This document shows positions 1 through 9,651 of a stretch of DNA of 64,000 nucleotides, piece by piece. The stretch lies in the sequence record PQ182779.1. One strand, written 5' to 3'. Both the position numbers and the translations under genes were made by a program. Positions within the stretch are counted from its first letter, which is position 1. Each line of letters starts with the position of its first letter. The notes beneath the pieces were generated by a model. That model did no database searches, was not told the origin of the DNA, and worked only from the letters and a program-made list of their open reading frames with translations.

Positions 1-1
1 G

Positions 2-205
2 CTCTGGGCGGTTGTGTTTCTGATGATCGTGTGGAAACCTATCGTTAACCCCAAGTATCGCCGCGTCGTCCTCCGTATGGAGATCTGGAAGGTTTTGACA
101 ATTGGTATTGCATGGCCTTTTATCTGCATCGGAATATTCGTCGGGTTGGTTTGGTACCTGAACATCTATAACCCGTTCAAGAAAGACAACAACGATATAC
201 GATAG
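2..205 (+). CDS. small membrane protein, 5'-truncated by window edge
   Basis: Frame is open from base 2 (LWAVVFLMIVWK...); two hydrophobic segments; stop at 205. Confidence 0.6.
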   Translation, partial: LWAVVFLMIVWKPIVNPKYRRVVLRMEIWKVLTIGIAWPFICIGIFVGLVWYLNIYNPFKKDNNDIR

Positions 206-218
206 GAGAAGAAAATTA

Positions 219-611
219 ATGGCGTTAATGAAAACACTATCAGCAATATTGTTTTCTGGGGCAGGGATCAGTTTGAGCTATTACCTCCCATGGGCGGAGA
301 AGCGTTTGTTTCTGATGAAGCTAAACGCTAATCGGAAAAGTCTCCGTCACGCCAGTTACCACGACCAGGTGTTCGCTAAACGCGCAGTGAAACTGCTCTA
401 TCGGAATCTCCGTTCCGCTGAAAAGAAAAGTCTGCCGTTCTCGGCGTTTGTTTCTTTAGCAGAGGTGTACCAGTACGAACCCGCGCACCTGGTTGTTTTT
501 CTCACCCCAACGGCAACAAGTTTAACTGTAGAGGTTTATATCCGTAGCCGTCGTTTTGATAACCGTAAATACAAAGTCCGTACATGGACTTTCCGTCCCT
601 GGACCGAATAA
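219..611 (+). CDS. hypothetical protein with N-terminal hydrophobic anchor
   Basis: SD AGGAG upstream; tight gene packing. Confidence 0.7.
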   Translation: MALMKTLSAILFSGAGISLSYYLPWAEKRLFLMKLNANRKSLRHASYHDQVFAKRAVKLLYRNLRSAEKKSLPFSAFVSLAEVYQYEPAHLVVFLTPTATSLTVEVYIRSRRFDNRKYKVRTWTFRPWTE

Positions 612-624
612 AGGAAACTAAAGC

Positions 625-939
625 ATGTTGAATCAAATTATTGAGATTTGTGGTTTAGATGTCGATGAAGAAGCAGATATGGCGTACGCTGCTGAGTTAG
701 AGAAAACCGTGACGATGTTACTCGAGCGGAACGACGTTGGTCATGTTATCGGTACCATGAACCAGCTGATTGTAGATGGTCCGGTCTACGATGGCGATAT
801 TCATTCTAAGTCAGGACGGGATTTCCTTCTGATGGAAGACTACGCCGTCAAGGTGGTGGTCAAGAATGAGCAGGGCTTCAATGCGATGAATCATAAGGGC
901 TGGGACTTGCATCGTCTTTATCACCATTTCGTAGGCTAA
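625..939 (+). CDS. hypothetical phage protein (GPxxDGDxxSK motif)
   Basis: SD AAGGA; motif recalled from phage hypothetical proteins. Confidence 0.7.
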   Translation: MLNQIIEICGLDVDEEADMAYAAELEKTVTMLLERNDVGHVIGTMNQLIVDGPVYDGDIHSKSGRDFLLMEDYAVKVVVKNEQGFNAMNHKGWDLHRLYHHFVG

Positions 940-957
940 TAAGGAAGGGTATATCAG

Positions 958-2169
958 ATGTTTGACTTAGGCGTAGTAATCGGTAAATTCGCGCCCCTTA
1001 CGTTGGGGCACATCAACTTAATCACAGAGGCTGCTGTGCAGTCTAAGCATGTCCTCGTTATTCTTTCCCACGACCAACGTTGGCTGGATAAACAATCGCC
1101 ACGAGACCAAAAGGTACTCAACTTCAAAAATCGTCTGCGCTGGCTGCAACAGACTTACGCGGATACAGAGCACGTCACGATCGATTTCATTGACGAGGCT
1201 TCTGTACCGGAATACCCGAACGGTTGGAAAGAATACGCTGCTCTGCTCGGCGCTAAGATTTTCAACGAGGCGGGTAGACTGGCAGCTAACCACAGCCAGG
1301 CGCAGAGCATTGCTATTTTCAGTAGCGAGCTAGATTACGATGAAAAATACAAAACGCACCTCGGTTTTGTAGAACATGTCATTGTTGACAGTAACCGTAC
1401 CCGCGTCCCCATCTCTGCGACCATGATCCGTGAAAACCTTTACGACCATTGGGAATATCTCCCGAGCATTGTCCGTAAAGATTATTGTTTGCGGGTGGTG
1501 GTATTAGGTGTTGAGAGTTCTGGGAAAAGTTCCCTCGTCAAGAACCTTGCGAAACTCTACAATACCAGCTGGGTTGAAGAGTACGGGCGTACGTACTGTG
1601 AAACGGTCTTGGCTGGTTCGGAAGCGACTCTCCGTAGTTCTGACTACCCGTTGATTGCGTATCGTCACAAAGAGCTGGAGGAAGAAGCATTACGTACTTC
1701 TAATCGACTCTGTTTCATCGATACGAACGCCTTCATTACGGAATATTACCATCGACTGTACGAGGGTAAACCTAACCCTATTGTTTCTGCTATCGCGGCT
1801 GAAGAGCATTACGATCTCGTATTAGTTCTTTCGCCGGAAGTACCATGGGTTGATGACGGTCTGCGGTTGAACCCTGACCGCGAGAAAACAGAGAGTCTTT
1901 TCCAGCAAATGCTTCGGGAATTTAAAAACCAAATTCCTCGTTATCGTACAGTCTACATTACAGGAGACTCGTACAAAAGACGGTTAGATCAAGCTCGAGC
2001 AGCTGTAGATCAATTGTTGGCGTTTAACGAAGGGTTTAAAGGATGGGATCCACTAAGGGAAGGTGTACCCGGCAAACTTCAACCTGCACCGGCCGGTGAG
2101 TCCTTTGAATCTGACCCTGCATGGATGGCGGTGGAAAGTGTTGAAGCTAAATACTCCATCAATAATTGA
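958..2169 (+). CDS. nadR: NadR-like bifunctional NMN adenylyltransferase / nicotinamide riboside kinase, no HTH repressor domain
   Basis: GKFAPLTLGH (HIGH-like) nucleotidyltransferase domain, ISATMIRE motif, Walker A GVESSGKS, EYGRTY, FIDTN, PWVDDGLR. Confidence 0.93.
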   Translation: MFDLGVVIGKFAPLTLGHINLITEAAVQSKHVLVILSHDQRWLDKQSPRDQKVLNFKNRLRWLQQTYADTEHVTIDFIDEASVPEYPNGWKEYAALLGAKIFNEAGRLAANHSQAQSIAIFSSELDYDEKYKTHLGFVEHVIVDSNRTRVPISATMIRENLYDHWEYLPSIVRKDYCLRVVVLGVESSGKSSLVKNLAKLYNTSWVEEYGRTYCETVLAGSEATLRSSDYPLIAYRHKELEEEALRTSNRLCFIDTNAFITEYYHRLYEGKPNPIVSAIAAEEHYDLVLVLSPEVPWVDDGLRLNPDREKTESLFQQMLREFKNQIPRYRTVYITGDSYKRRLDQARAAVDQLLAFNEGFKGWDPLREGVPGKLQPAPAGESFESDPAWMAVESVEAKYSINN

Positions 2170-2177
2170 GATCTTAA

Positions 2178-2579
2178 ATGAAACCTATCGAACTAGACCG
2201 GATTGAATTCACATTACCGCAATCTGGTAATGTCGAACTTATTTTTTCATTATTGAAGGACCGTGATGATACCGCTCCATACTTTCATCTTTCGTACTTC
2301 TTAAATAAAGAAAAATCTTTTCTGAATACCGATATTCGGTTTACTAAAGAGGAACTAAAATATATAGATACTGGCATTCTAACGTGCTTCGATATTGTAG
2401 TGGGTGAGATTTCAAGAAAGGAAAAAGAGAACAGTATTTCTTACGAAAACCAACCATTCTTTACAATTTCTCAGCTGTTTGAAAAACACATGTTAGGGAT
2501 GGGTGGTTCGATCAATAAAAAGAAATTTGACGAAGTCATCAAATACTGGATAAGTAAAAACCCCGGCTCGATTGAGTAA
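2178..2579 (+). CDS. hypothetical protein (AT-rich)
   Basis: 133 aa ORF, tight packing. Confidence 0.7.
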   Translation: MKPIELDRIEFTLPQSGNVELIFSLLKDRDDTAPYFHLSYFLNKEKSFLNTDIRFTKEELKYIDTGILTCFDIVVGEISRKEKENSISYENQPFFTISQLFEKHMLGMGGSINKKKFDEVIKYWISKNPGSIE

Positions 2580-2591
2580 GAGAGGATATAA

Positions 2592-3062
2592 ATGAAAATT
2601 TCTGAATTAAATACTTTTTTCCGTAAAACTGGACTTTTCCAAAGCGGTGGGCTAGTGATCATCAAAACGATCAATGAAACCGGCCAGGCCGGCGTTGCAC
2701 AAAAGATAGCCGGACTATTCTGCAAAGATGGGGAAGCACCAGAAGATATTCATTTTACCCTGAGCCCTACCTGCGATAACAAAGAAGCTGTGATGAAAAC
2801 ACTCCGCGAAATTCGAGATATCGCCAGAAATAGCGGGGCCATTATGTTTTATCATGAGTCGATGAACAAGAATCGTTTCCCTGATGACGTCGATGGGTAT
2901 TTCAGCAGATACCATACATCGCTGCGCATCGACAACGAAGCTGATATGTCTGTTTTCGTTTATGAGGACGTAGACGGAATCAGTATCTTCATTGATAAGT
3001 TCCGCACCCTGAATCCTTACATCGGCGCATATACCCTTCGCCGTATTAAAATTGAGGAATAA
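2592..3062 (+). CDS. hypothetical protein, possibly degenerate RecA-like fold
   Basis: SD GAGGA; C-terminal AD..V...I.I.KFR pattern. Confidence 0.65.
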   Translation: MKISELNTFFRKTGLFQSGGLVIIKTINETGQAGVAQKIAGLFCKDGEAPEDIHFTLSPTCDNKEAVMKTLREIRDIARNSGAIMFYHESMNKNRFPDDVDGYFSRYHTSLRIDNEADMSVFVYEDVDGISIFIDKFRTLNPYIGAYTLRRIKIEE

Positions 3063-3065
3063 TAA

Positions 3066-3755
3066 ATGAACTCATTGGTAATGAAAACTTTCACTGACTT
3101 TGCGCACTGGAAGAAAGTCGAATACTTTTGGCTGATCGTAGCGTTAATCGTCGTCGGATTGGGGAGCTGGCAAGCCAGTCCGTTAGAATTCACGGCAGCG
3201 CTAACCAACGTTGTCTGCGTGATTCTGGTGGCGAAGGGTCGCGTCTCTAATTATTACTGGGGGACGATTGGTGTAATTACCTACGGTATTGTTTCGTACA
3301 ATACCGGCCTTTATGCCAATGCGGCGTTGAACGCTATTTACCTTCCAATGCAGTTTATCGGTATTTATTACTGGACGAAAGACCTGGGCAAAACTCCAGC
3401 CAAAGCTGACGTAGCGGTTAAAACGATCACTTTACGTGACGTGATAACTTATCTGGTTGTTGGGGTTATCTTCTGGTATGGCCTGACCGAATACCTGAAA
3501 ACGACGCAGGATCCGTTTCCTGCCTTAGACGCATTCTGCTTAGTCGCATCGCTCATCGCCATGTGGATGATGATCAAGCAGCAGCCAGAGCAATGGATTC
3601 TCTGGATCATTATCAACTGCGTCACAATTTATCTGTGGGTGATCCCGGCACTTAATCAACCAGGTTCATGGGCGCAGGTGGCACAGTGGGCAGTATTCTT
3701 GATGAACGCGTTCTACGGTCTTTGGAAATGGTATATCACCAAAACCAATAAATGA
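3066..3755 (+). CDS. pnuC: nicotinamide riboside transporter PnuC
   Basis: Multi-TM; VILVAKGRVSNYYWG, GLYANAALNAIY.PMQFIG.Y.W, PFPALDAF, EQWILWIIIN, A.YGLWKW. Confidence 0.92.
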   Translation: MNSLVMKTFTDFAHWKKVEYFWLIVALIVVGLGSWQASPLEFTAALTNVVCVILVAKGRVSNYYWGTIGVITYGIVSYNTGLYANAALNAIYLPMQFIGIYYWTKDLGKTPAKADVAVKTITLRDVITYLVVGVIFWYGLTEYLKTTQDPFPALDAFCLVASLIAMWMMIKQQPEQWILWIIINCVTIYLWVIPALNQPGSWAQVAQWAVFLMNAFYGLWKWYITKTNK

Positions 3756-3782
3756 TTTAGTTTAACTTAACAGGAAAAAATA

Positions 3783-4217
3783 ATGCGCTATTACGACAAT
3801 AACGACGCCAACAATGAGACAGTGAAAGCATTGTTGAAGAAAGTAGGTAAATGGGTAGCGATAGGGACTGTGGCCTTTATTGTACTGCTCATGGCAGGGT
3901 GCCCCTACTATAACGTATGGCAACAGGGTATGGCGGGAAAAGCGGCGCTGATGAAGGCCACCCAAGACCGTCAGATCGCTGTACAGGAAGCAGAAGCTAA
4001 GAAAGAATCTGCTAAAAGTCTGGCCGAGGCAGAAGTTATTCGTGCAGGTGGGGTAGCGCGGGCTAACAAGATCATCGGTGACAGTCTCAAGAATAACGAA
4101 GCCTACCTTCGTTACCTTTGGGTGGACAGTTTACAGCAAACCAAGAATCAGGTTATCTACGTCCCAACTGAAGCGAACCTTCCGGTGATGGAAGCAACAC
4201 GACTTAAAGGAGAGTAA
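3783..4217 (+). CDS. membrane-anchored SPFH/band-7-like coiled-coil phage protein
   Basis: TM followed by PYYNVWQQGMAGKAALM...EVIRAGGVARANKIIGDSLK..EAYLRYLW...IYVPTEANLP. Confidence 0.75.
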   Translation: MRYYDNNDANNETVKALLKKVGKWVAIGTVAFIVLLMAGCPYYNVWQQGMAGKAALMKATQDRQIAVQEAEAKKESAKSLAEAEVIRAGGVARANKIIGDSLKNNEAYLRYLWVDSLQQTKNQVIYVPTEANLPVMEATRLKGE

Positions 4218-4220
4218 GTC

Positions 4221-4733
4221 ATGGGTAAAATAAAAGAAATGACTGTCTCAGAGATTCACGCACTATTGAAAACTAGTAGTCTTTCTGAGACAGGAGGGAT
4301 TGTACTTAACAAAACGTTTTTGTTACCGAAAGGCGTCGAGTTAGTGAACGAAGATCTGTACAAGGGAATGTTTTCGTGCGACGTCGCCACGTATACACAA
4401 TTCACTCACCAGCCACAAAGCCATCTTTTTGATCAAATCCGTTATGTCGCTGAAATGAATCAGGAAGCTGTAGAAGGTGTGAAATGTGTGACAGTAGTAA
4501 AGGCGATAGGCGGTTACGATACGCTAATGCCAATGGCATTGCGCACCGACCAAGTTCCTACTGGAATTACACAGGGTTGGTTTTATACTGGTTTGGAGGA
4601 TATCGCCGCCATTTCATTTACTGTTATCCCGGACGACAAAGGTAACGAATACGTTTACTTCTACGGTAACAATTTATTAGATGATCCTGTCTTAGTCTCT
4701 GTTAACCAGCGACTAATTAAGATTTTAGGGTAG
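4221..4733 (+). CDS. hypothetical protein
   Basis: SD AAGGAG; ends before terminator. Confidence 0.75.
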   Translation: MGKIKEMTVSEIHALLKTSSLSETGGIVLNKTFLLPKGVELVNEDLYKGMFSCDVATYTQFTHQPQSHLFDQIRYVAEMNQEAVEGVKCVTVVKAIGGYDTLMPMALRTDQVPTGITQGWFYTGLEDIAAISFTVIPDDKGNEYVYFYGNNLLDDPVLVSVNQRLIKILG

Positions 4734-4766
4734 TCTTCACAAAGAGAATGTTCTCTTATTACCATG

Positions 4767-4793
4767 AGGAGAGGCTTCGGTCTCTCCTTTTTT
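4767..4793 (+). terminator. intrinsic terminator with cUUCGg loop
   Basis: AGGAGAGGC-TTCG-GTCTCTCCT followed by T run. Confidence 0.9.
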
Positions 4794-4835
4794 ATTTTCT
4801 CGTCAATTGGTCTGAATGAAAGGAGGGTTTGATTT

Positions 4836-5192
4836 ATGCGCGAAGCAATTATGGTGTTAAAGTCCAACGTTGGCGATGTCAACTTTTACCCCGTTGAAGG
4901 CGGTCCATCCGGAATGGAAGTAGGGAAAGTTTACCTGTTATCCCGTTTAAACGAACCTCTCTCGATAGGAGTTTACGTCAATCCAATGTTTTGTGACGAA
5001 GACCTTGAGATGCCCTTTATGGCGCGGGTGTTAAAGTATATCAACGAGTCTGATTCGGAATATATTTTCACATGGGTTCGGGTCACGGATAAAGACGAAA
5101 CAACGGTGACGCTAGACGCCTTATTCAATAATGACCCACCTATCAAGATGCGGTATAAGTTGACCGAAGACGATAAACGAAAACTGCACTGA
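4836..5192 (+). CDS. hypothetical protein
   Basis: Strong SD AAGGAGG. Confidence 0.75.
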   Translation: MREAIMVLKSNVGDVNFYPVEGGPSGMEVGKVYLLSRLNEPLSIGVYVNPMFCDEDLEMPFMARVLKYINESDSEYIFTWVRVTDKDETTVTLDALFNNDPPIKMRYKLTEDDKRKLH

Positions 5193-5201
5193 GGAAAAAA
5201 G

Positions 5202-6119
5202 ATGGAAAGTATTGAAATTAAATATGGTAATATCCGTGGCAAAAATCCAATTATTCCATTGCTGGAAACGCCAACTTTCGAACTAAAAGAGGATTGGGGA
5301 GATAATTCCCCCATTATTCTTAACGGAGCGGAAACAGTTTTAGACGATGCTAAGCAGTACTTCCTTTACGACGTTCTCGGCTTTTGCGGCTGCGGTATGC
5401 CTTTCGAGGCACAGGTATTTTGGTTAGCTCAGATTAATGCTGTTGTGTCAGGGACAAAAATGGATTACATGGGGTACCCTGGTGGCGTGGAGTTTTTCAC
5501 GGAAACAGCGATTCGTCAGGGTATTATTACCCCCGAAGGGAGCTTAACAAAATTGGGTAAACTCACGATACTTTTTGTCGAAAAACATATTGAGATCTGT
5601 CCGGACGGCGACGACGAAGTCCCCGGGGATTTCACCCCGACTCTCAGTATCCCAGACGCCGCTAAACGTAATAGTAAGTGGTTCTTATTCAAATTCATGA
5701 CCCATCTCGCTTTGCGTAAACGTGTTGTCCCCCCTACTAAAACGGATACAATAGACTTTTATGAAAAACAAGGGGAGATCTGGGCGAGATTACCCCAGCC
5801 GGTGTATTTTTGGGTGGCTTATCAGCTCGGTGATTTAGATTGGGAGGAACATGGCGGGTCAGCGGGCGGATGGTTATCTGTAAAAGGCTATGAGGTATTC
5901 TGGGCTTTGGTCGATGAATTCGGCGTAGGTGAAATAGAAGTCTTTGATCTCTTAGAGAAGGGATACCTTTTTAAAGATGACGATCTTTTAAAAGTAGAGC
6001 TACAGAAACGCCGTAGTGCGTTCATTGCCGTACGACCCGATTTAAATTGGGATGTAATCATTCCTCTCCCAACTATTGATGTTCGTACTGCCATACAACA
6101 ATCTTTTGGGGGAGAATAA
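5202..6119 (+). CDS. hypothetical phage protein (GFCGCGxP ... EHGGSxGGWLSxKG family)
   Basis: SD GAGGA; motif recalled from phage hypotheticals. Confidence 0.75.
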   Translation: MESIEIKYGNIRGKNPIIPLLETPTFELKEDWGDNSPIILNGAETVLDDAKQYFLYDVLGFCGCGMPFEAQVFWLAQINAVVSGTKMDYMGYPGGVEFFTETAIRQGIITPEGSLTKLGKLTILFVEKHIEICPDGDDEVPGDFTPTLSIPDAAKRNSKWFLFKFMTHLALRKRVVPPTKTDTIDFYEKQGEIWARLPQPVYFWVAYQLGDLDWEEHGGSAGGWLSVKGYEVFWALVDEFGVGEIEVFDLLEKGYLFKDDDLLKVELQKRRSAFIAVRPDLNWDVIIPLPTIDVRTAIQQSFGGE

Positions 6120-6120
6120 A

Positions 6121-6525
6121 ATGGAACTGAACCCTAACGAAGTCCCCCTCAATGACAAAGGCGAGCAGGCCAATCTTGTCTTGAAATTTGGTAATGTACT
6201 CATCCCCTTCTGGATTGCCAGCGATCGTTTCACTCACTTAGTTCCAGGTGAACGTTACTTGGCTGTTTTCACGGACACAAAGGACAACGTAGGCGATAAC
6301 GTTTGGTTTATGTCGTCTAACCGTGAGTTGGATATCGTTGAATGGGAAAGTATTGATTTAACGATCAAAAGTCAGAACGAGAAAAGTGGTGTGGTAGATA
6401 TCACCCAAAATGACGCAACAACGACAATCCTGAACTACGCCTTCCGTGAAGAGCTGGGAAACATTTCTTTGGCGCACGACACAGACCCCGAGAAAGCCTC
6501 GGTGGTAGTGAACAATAAACACTAA
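6121..6525 (+). CDS. hypothetical protein
   Basis: Start moved to ATG 6121 (SD GGGGAGA). Confidence 0.7.
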   Translation: MELNPNEVPLNDKGEQANLVLKFGNVLIPFWIASDRFTHLVPGERYLAVFTDTKDNVGDNVWFMSSNRELDIVEWESIDLTIKSQNEKSGVVDITQNDATTTILNYAFREELGNISLAHDTDPEKASVVVNNKH

Positions 6526-6545
6526 CAATACTGGAGAAGTTTAAC

Positions 6546-6737
6546 ATGTCTAAAGTCTATCTGCCCGATAACGATCCTGCTGATGTTTTTCATCAGCGTC
6601 AGTTATTAGCCGAGGCATTATACGATGTCCTCGTCGCAGCCGGTATGTTAAATACCGATACTCAACCGAACGGTGCTGAGCTGATTCAGTTCGCGGGTGA
6701 ATTCGTTGAATTCTCAAAAGGTAAAGTAAATGACTGA
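6546..6737 (+). CDS. small hypothetical protein
   Basis: SD GGAGA; overlaps next start. Confidence 0.7.
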   Translation: MSKVYLPDNDPADVFHQRQLLAEALYDVLVAAGMLNTDTQPNGAELIQFAGEFVEFSKGKVND

Positions 6738-7935
6738 TATTCTTTTTGCGTTAGGGGTCTTGGCATTAATTGGCGCCGGCGTGACTTCGATCTATTTTGT
6801 TTTAGTAAAAAATAAAGGGAAATCTTCTCTTTCTTACTCGGTGATCGATGACAATTTGGTCAAGGAGAAAGTAAACGAAATTCAAGAAGAAATGGCTAAG
6901 CAACTTTATCCCGGTGAAGAGTCTTTAACTTTGTTGCGTGAGCTATTATCGGGTAGTCAAAATATGCTTGTTCAAACGACGAAGGAGGGAATCTTACTGA
7001 GAAATAAAGCGGACTCAATATTCCCAGAAAACAGTGTAAAGTTTTCATTGACGCGGGATTTCATGGGTCTGTGGCGTATTACGGTAGAAATCCCTATGTT
7101 TGGATGGGAATGGGAAGATGCGATTAGGTTTCAGGTTACTCAGTCTTTCCCGGGTCTGAATGGTTCGGATATCCGAACCATTATTCGATCGTCTATTAAC
7201 GATCAGAATAGCTCCGCCATTGAATGGCATTGGAAAAAGTGGATAACAGATACGCTTTCCAACGATCTTGGGTATGTTACCCTTAATTCCCCTTGGGACA
7301 TTTTTTCCAGTAGAGATGAAAAGTCCGAGGAAATCATCTTTTGTTTACCTGATGCTGACGTAAATAAATTCTCGGCAAAAGGAAAACCGGTAGAGGTTTA
7401 TCATCAACTTTTGTCATTCACCAACGAAATGAAGAGGAAGTTGGAAAAAGAGTACGTCGATAGCATCGGCTTTTTCTCGCGGAAAATCTCGGACTACCTT
7501 TCTGAGACAACGTTACAGAACATTTCCGTTATGGAGTTAAAAGGTCAATCGATTATCGATTTAACAATGGATCAATCTTTTGTACTCGATGCTTCTTTAA
7601 CCTTGGACAAGAATGACTTTGTTCTTAACCTTAGATTAACGATACCCGAAGTTGAACTAGACATATCTCGTTTGATCGAGCGTCTCGAAGTCAATCTCCG
7701 TGGTTTCTTTTCTGATTACGGTAAAGACGTAGAAATTTTTGACGAAAGTTTCTTGTCCACGGGTTTGATTCCTAACGTGACTGACTCTTTAGACCGTGAT
7801 CATCTCCGGAGATTTGGCAGAAAGATCAGTTATTGCTACTCGTTTATCATGAGGATAAAGGAAAAAGATGGGAACGTTCATTTTGGGGATTCCGGAGAGA
7901 CTCTCGATGGGTCTGCGGAAGATCAAGGATCCTGA
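6730..7935 (+). CDS. membrane-anchored hypothetical protein
   Basis: N-terminal TM helix; 401 aa. Confidence 0.75.
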   Translation: MTDILFALGVLALIGAGVTSIYFVLVKNKGKSSLSYSVIDDNLVKEKVNEIQEEMAKQLYPGEESLTLLRELLSGSQNMLVQTTKEGILLRNKADSIFPENSVKFSLTRDFMGLWRITVEIPMFGWEWEDAIRFQVTQSFPGLNGSDIRTIIRSSINDQNSSAIEWHWKKWITDTLSNDLGYVTLNSPWDIFSSRDEKSEEIIFCLPDADVNKFSAKGKPVEVYHQLLSFTNEMKRKLEKEYVDSIGFFSRKISDYLSETTLQNISVMELKGQSIIDLTMDQSFVLDASLTLDKNDFVLNLRLTIPEVELDISRLIERLEVNLRGFFSDYGKDVEIFDESFLSTGLIPNVTDSLDRDHLRRFGRKISYCYSFIMRIKEKDGNVHFGDSGETLDGSAEDQGS

Positions 7936-8296
7936 TGACCGCATTTACGTCATGACAGCCCTTTTCTGGGCTGTCATTCTTACCGCTGAAAACGCAGATT
8001 CAAAGTATGCGGGGAAAATTTTACATCAGGCGTTTTCAGAGCAAGCCTACCACCAATTTATCGAGCCCTGTTACCCAGACAGCGCTGAGGATCCCCCGCC
8101 CACTGACAATCCAGATAGGTTATACGAGGTCTTTGAGAAGTTCTCTCAGCATATCGATGTTTATTGCGGGTGGCCAACGATCTATCGATTTTTCTTTGAG
8201 AAAATTGATCTTGGAAGTTACATCTCAGATGACGATGTTCAGTTTGAACTAGAAGTCAATCCCCATCAAAACTTTTTGCAAATAGAGGTATTTTAA
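7907..8296 (+). CDS. hypothetical protein
   Basis: ATG 7907 with SD GGAGA preferred over 7868. Confidence 0.6.
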   Translation: MGLRKIKDPDDRIYVMTALFWAVILTAENADSKYAGKILHQAFSEQAYHQFIEPCYPDSAEDPPPTDNPDRLYEVFEKFSQHIDVYCGWPTIYRFFFEKIDLGSYISDDDVQFELEVNPHQNFLQIEVF

Positions 8297-8314
8297 CTGG
8301 AAGAAAATTAAGAT

Positions 8315-8330
8315 CTATATCTCTTTAATG
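8315..8330 (+). promoter_or_regulatory. phage promoter motif variant CTATATCTC-N5-TG
   Basis: Intergenic, upstream of 8395 ORF; matches recurrent motif. Confidence 0.65.
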
Positions 8331-8394
8331 AATGAATGACAGAAAAGTCCTGATCACATTGCTGTTATGATCTTTTAATCAAGGGGAACGTAAA

Positions 8395-9033
8395 ATGACG
8401 TTAGTGGAAGAATTTGATATGGCGCTGACATTGTGCGATAAGTCTATATTGACGCCGCGTGTCAATGATGAAAATAACGAATTGTGTTTTAAAGTGGTGG
8501 GAAACGACATTTGGCCAGCGACGTCGTTAGTGGAGGATTTGGTGGATTTCTCGATCCCTGACTTTTTCCACTTTTACCAACGTTTTGGTTGGGACGGTTT
8601 ACAAGCCTTCTTCTCTCGGTTGTATGGACAAAAGCCATACTTTATTGAGGACGGTAATAACTTTAATGAAGCGATGAATTTTTTGAATACGCGCACCCCT
8701 TCTGGCTCTATTGAATACTCGCCTACATCCAATGCAGACGCAATAAAAGAAAAGGAATTGCGTTGTTTCTTTTGGTTAAAAGCAAAAGGGGTCATTGATT
8801 TTTGTTTCATCGATGAAGACGAAGAACAAACCGAAACCGACTACAGCGTTTATCAGAATCTATCAGGAAAACCCGCCTATATTCTTTTCGTGAAAGAAAT
8901 GTTGGCACAAACATCGTCCCGTAAACGGCATCAATTCCGCAACCTAAAAGAGATTTATTTAGCGGGTGGGTACTCTGCATTGGTCAAAGACGAATGCGCA
9001 GTTAAAACATATCCTTTCCCGAACTTCGTTTGA
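8395..9033 (+). CDS. hypothetical protein
   Basis: SD AAGGGG; follows promoter motif. Confidence 0.75.
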   Translation: MTLVEEFDMALTLCDKSILTPRVNDENNELCFKVVGNDIWPATSLVEDLVDFSIPDFFHFYQRFGWDGLQAFFSRLYGQKPYFIEDGNNFNEAMNFLNTRTPSGSIEYSPTSNADAIKEKELRCFFWLKAKGVIDFCFIDEDEEQTETDYSVYQNLSGKPAYILFVKEMLAQTSSRKRHQFRNLKEIYLAGGYSALVKDECAVKTYPFPNFV

Positions 9034-9047
9034 AAATAATTTAACAT

Positions 9048-9063
9048 CTATATCACTTGATTG
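9048..9063 (+). promoter_or_regulatory. phage (likely early) promoter CTATATCAC-N5-TG
   Basis: Recurrent intergenic motif; resembles phiKZ early promoter TATATTAC. Confidence 0.75.
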
Positions 9064-9127
9064 CATATACGACAGATAAGTCTTGTAAAATCATTTAACA
9101 ACAACCTTTAACTAAGCGAGTAATAAA

Positions 9128-9532
9128 ATGTCCCAGAACACTATTGAAACAGAAATCCAATACCAAAACGCGAACGGTTACACTTTCTTCAAGAAAGGCA
9201 CTAAGCCTCAGCTGATGACGCCGTTCTTCATGCTTTTCATCATTTTCTCACAGCCGATCTTCACTGCGATTCAGGTCGCCTTACCAACCATTGGCTGGCT
9301 GATCTCACTGATGCTGTTTACGGGTTGGTTCATCACCGACCGTGAAATGCTGAAGAAAGAAGGGGCCTTTGTCCCATCGGGTTGGTGGTGGCTGCTCTCT
9401 CCGGTTTATGTCTATAAACGCCAAAACCGCAACGGTAACTCCCGCCTGTGGTTTGTCTGGTATATTCTTTCCGGTGTTGTTTCGATCTTCGTTGCAGTGA
9501 TTGTAGCGGCGGCCATGGGTCAGCAACTATAG
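9128..9532 (+). CDS. multi-pass membrane protein (WWxxxxPxYxxKR family)
   Basis: Several hydrophobic helices; paralog at 25880. Confidence 0.75.
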   Translation: MSQNTIETEIQYQNANGYTFFKKGTKPQLMTPFFMLFIIFSQPIFTAIQVALPTIGWLISLMLFTGWFITDREMLKKEGAFVPSGWWWLLSPVYVYKRQNRNGNSRLWFVWYILSGVVSIFVAVIVAAAMGQQL

Positions 9533-9539
9533 TTTGACG

Positions 9540-9575
9540 CTTCCTCTCTCCTTCGGGAGAGAGGAAGGTTCTATG
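9540..9575 (+). other. 12-bp perfect hairpin (UUCG loop) followed by CTATG
   Basis: CTTCCTCTCTCC-TTCG-GGAGAGAGGAAG then GTT-CTATG. Confidence 0.7.
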
Positions 9576-9608
9576 TTCTCTTTTTTTCTTTTGGATTTGT
9601 TTTCAAGT

Positions 9609-9624
9609 CTATATCACCAGTATG
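9609..9624 (+). promoter_or_regulatory. phage promoter CTATATCAC-N5-TG
   Basis: Recurrent motif upstream of 9652 ORF. Confidence 0.75.
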
Positions 9625-9651
9625 TAACAATTATTACTAAAGGAGACTAAC

